49,788 nucleotides of DNA from Octopus sinensis (lineage: Eukaryota). The stretch lies in contig NW_021835869.1 in NCBI RefSeq assembly GCF_006345805.1, forward strand, positions 1-49,788. The letters run 5' to 3'. Positions within the stretch are counted from its first letter, which is position 1. Each line of letters begins with the position of its first letter. This document shows positions 46,705 to 49,788 of the stretch, one piece after another. The position numbers and the translations under genes are program-made. The notes beneath the pieces were generated by a model, which worked only from the letters and a program-made list of their open reading frames with translations, made no database searches and was not told the DNA's origin.

Positions 46705-47487
46705 TATATAATACACATTATATATAAGATATATATATATAATACATGGAAAAAATACACATGCATACCTGTATATATTTATATGTGTTTGTCTGTATGT
46801 TTGTATGCAAATATCTGAAACGGTGTCAAGAATCGCTGAATCGATGGTTATTCTTTTTATTGTTTTATATTTTATCCTTTGGTCATGGGAGGTGGGACAA
46901 CACCAGTAACATTTTTCCGGATACTAAACCTGGACGCATGATAGTCGTCAGAAAAGACACTACCACGTGGTGGAGTATTAAATCGAGAGACAGATTAGAT
47001 CTGCCTCCACAGAACTAAGAACTCGGGACACAAAGAAATAGAATAAACACCAGAAGGTATTTCGTCCTATGTTCTTGTGCCAGCCCATTGCCAATATACC
47101 GCCTGGGACTAGTAATACATTTTATCGTCCCTCAAAATGATAAAATATTTAATATGACCCGAGCGGGATTTGAACACAAGACGTAGAAATGTGAAACAAA
47201 TCCATGGCACGTGGACTCATCCACATACTGTCCGCTGACATCAGACCCCGCTACAGAGTATTACGGCCACCAAATATTCCTCAGCCATACGTCCCTTCAT
47301 ACATACATATCTCTTCACAAACATACACCTCTTCAAGCATATGCACATGCATTCACACGCCCAAATATGTAAATGAGCCTTTATGTGGTAGATCAGTCTG
47401 CTAAAAATAGCTACCAACTCTCCTACATGCTGTCAAAATGACTATGGATTCCCTACATACACAATAAAATATCCACTAATTTCACTA

Positions 47488-48550
47488 TGTGGTATCAAAA
47501 AATTGCCCTCAGATGGTAGCGCACGGTTGTGTGCGCCGTGAGAGCTGGCAGTGACCATCATGTGACAGTGTACCGAGTGACATCGTTGCATTTACTTCAC
47601 AATCTATGGAATTTGTATTTTTGTGATCACATGTATGCTCTAGTCTGCAATTTTTGTCATGGACAGGAAGTTGGAAATGAAGAGCCAAAGTGAAATTTGG
47701 CGTTAAATTAGGGAAAGTCTGTGCAGAGACATTGAGCACGCTTCGGCACGCTTACGGTAATTTCTTTATTACCCACAAGGGGCCAACGTAGAGGGGGACA
47801 ATACATCATGATTTGGGGTCATGAGAAACGGATGAAATTTGCATAAAAAATGATCTTTAGGAATTTTACTTAAAATCGAAAACAAAATCGAGGAAATCGA
47901 ATGATACACAAATTTTTACAGCACAACATAAAAATGACACATGAAGTGGGAATACCAGGATTGCCGGACGAGGCAATGGGTCATACGCGATGTTTTGAGA
48001 GGCACCGGCGCTTCAAAAGGCACGACAGAGATGCAGCTCAATCAAGAGCATGCTCATCGATTTTTTCGACATACACGATATTATGCATCGAGAATTCTTG
48101 CCCCAGCGTCAGACCGTCCTTCGAGAAATCCGAAAACGGCCGGATCTATGGAGCATGAAGGATTGGATGCTTCACAACGACAATACACCCTGTTACCGAG
48201 CTCTCCTCATTCGTGAGTTTCTCGCGAAAAACACCCATGGTGTCGCTTTCACACCGGCCCTTTTCGCCAGGTTTAGCCCCAGCGGATTTCAGTCTCATAT
48301 CGAAGATGAAAAAGTAGCTCAAAGGTCATCGCTTTAATATCGTTCTCGAGATCAAGAGCGAATCGCTGAAGGTTCTCGACTCGCTTACGGAAATCAGTTT
48401 CCGGGCCGAATTCCAAAATTCGTGGCAGGTACGTTAGAACCACTATATTGCTACGCAAGGTAACTATTTCGAAGGAGATGATGTTAAAACTTAGGTAAAT
48501 ATGTTACGTTTTATCAAGCATAACTAGTCTGAGAACTTTTTGATACCACA
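47488..48550 (+). mobile_element. Mariner (Tc1/mariner) transposon, decayed
   Basis: TIR TGTGGTATCAAAAA / TTTTTGATACCACA with TA on both flanks (47486-47487, 48551-48552). Confidence 0.9.
47659..48494 (+). pseudogene. Mariner transposase pseudogene
   Basis: Broken frames: MDRKLE..VKFGVKLGK...ETLSTLRHAYG, a ~210-bp insertion, DEAMGHTRCFERHRRFK, a deletion, KSMLIDFFD..KRPDLW..WMLHNDN..FSPGLAPADF..LKGHRF..QGNYFEGD. Confidence 0.9.
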
Positions 48551-48551
48551 T

Positions 48552-48554
<3 letters not shown>

Positions 48555-48604
<50 letters not shown>

Positions 48605-48703
48605 TTATTTATTATATATATATTATATATATATTGTTTATTATTACTATTGTTGTTAATATCATCATCATCATCATTATTATTATTTCTATTTTTATTG
48701 TTG

Positions 48704-48783
<80 letters not shown>

Positions 48784-48830
48784 TTGGTTGTTGTTGCTGT
48801 TGTTATATTATTATGATTATGGTAGCTGGC
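48555..48830 (+). repeat. (TA)n plus compound ATC/ATT/AGT/GTT microsatellite
   Basis: Direct inspection. Confidence 0.9.
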
Positions 48831-49521
48831 GAAATCGTTAGCGTGCTGGACAAAATGCTTAGCAGTATAACTATTATTATTATTATTTGTAATATTTCCA
48901 GCAAAAAGATTATATTTGTATATACTGAAATCCGTGACATAAATAACTTCTCGAATATACAAGAAGATTCGTATAATCCAGTAAAGGAAGTACGCTCCAA
49001 TTTATACCGCACGATACTCGATGACGTCGATCAGCGGTTTTGAATAAATCAAGTAATTACCTGAAAATAAACAGATGGAACTCTGGAACTGAAGGTTGTT
49101 GGAGATAATGGTGAAGCGTAATCAAAGATAGTACGTGAATATATAGATTTCTTACATGTACACGTGATATCACATTCATAACAAACAGGAAGTGTGGAGG
49201 TCTAATTAACGTTTATGTTTTTCTTCAAGGTCATTAATGACACAAGAGAAGTAAAATGCTTCTTTTACGAAGAATAAGATCTATAACACGATTTTCAGCA
49301 CTCCCGTAGTATATATCTATTCAAAGATGTCTTCTATTAGAAATAAATGTATATTATAGAAACCTGATGATAATATCCGCTTAATTCCTGGGTATGACCT
49401 CATACTGCAGCCGGTAATGAGGCCCTACTTCGGGAGTTCTAGGATTTTTAAGGAATGTTGAACTACCTCGTAGCCACTATTGTTCCCAGTTCTACCCTGA
49501 TCCTCAGTATTAACACCAATC

Positions 49522-49788
49522 AGGTTCCAAACCATGGTAAAGGTGAAGCTCCATTCTCGGGTGATGCCTACTTATAAGGGCTGGTTTCCTGGTTCCAATG
49601 CCGTATAAGCTCACCACCTCGACGGGACGCAGGTCTGCCGCATGACTGCTCATTTTTACCAGCTGAGTGGACTGGATCAACGTGAAATGACATGTTTTGC
49701 TCAAGAACACAACGTATAGCCCGATCCAGGAAGCTAAACCACAATCTTACGATCATGAGACCAACACCCTAACCACCAAACCACGTGC
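49522..49788 (-). mobile_element. SINE head S3 with a T4-like tail
   Basis: Minus strand gcacgtggtttggtggttagggtg head, ttgagcaaaacatgtcatttcacgttgatccagtccactcagctgg centre, then cctgcgtcccgtcgagg..ggaaaccagccc. Confidence 0.75.

Overview
This is a eukaryotic, AT-rich window saturated with microsatellites and mobile elements. The tRNA-derived SINE families and repeat landscape point to an octopus/coleoid cephalopod genome (inference). No intact protein-coding gene can be recognised, and almost all ORFs in the supplied track are translations of (TA)n, (CA)n, (TATG)n or trinucleotide repeats. Supported content: (1) dozens of tRNA-head SINE copies from four head types, several with TSDs, including dimers and head/tail chimaeras; (2) a Chapaev3 (CMC) DNA transposon with both ends and a TAA TSD but a decayed transposase (5980-7689); (3) a decayed mariner (47488-48550); (4) four fragments of RLE-type (R4/Dong-like) non-LTR retrotransposons; (5) a CpG-rich probable promoter, possibly bidirectional, with YY1, NRF1 and ETS motifs and splice donors (about 29280-29710), plus scattered exon-like segments. 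The most striking signal is non-coding. At least nine type I hammerhead ribozyme motifs sit in ORF-less elements built from direct and inverted terminal repeats and embedded in or next to (TA)n tracts. Six lie within 1.5-4.2 kb, one at 18.8 kb, and a head-to-head pair lies in a 275-bp fold-back at 28.5 kb. They show stem covariation and core variants (C at position 4; a U3-A8 swap). This resembles non-autonomous Penelope-like/retrozyme elements. All coordinates and pairings were read by eye, and ribozyme activity is untested.
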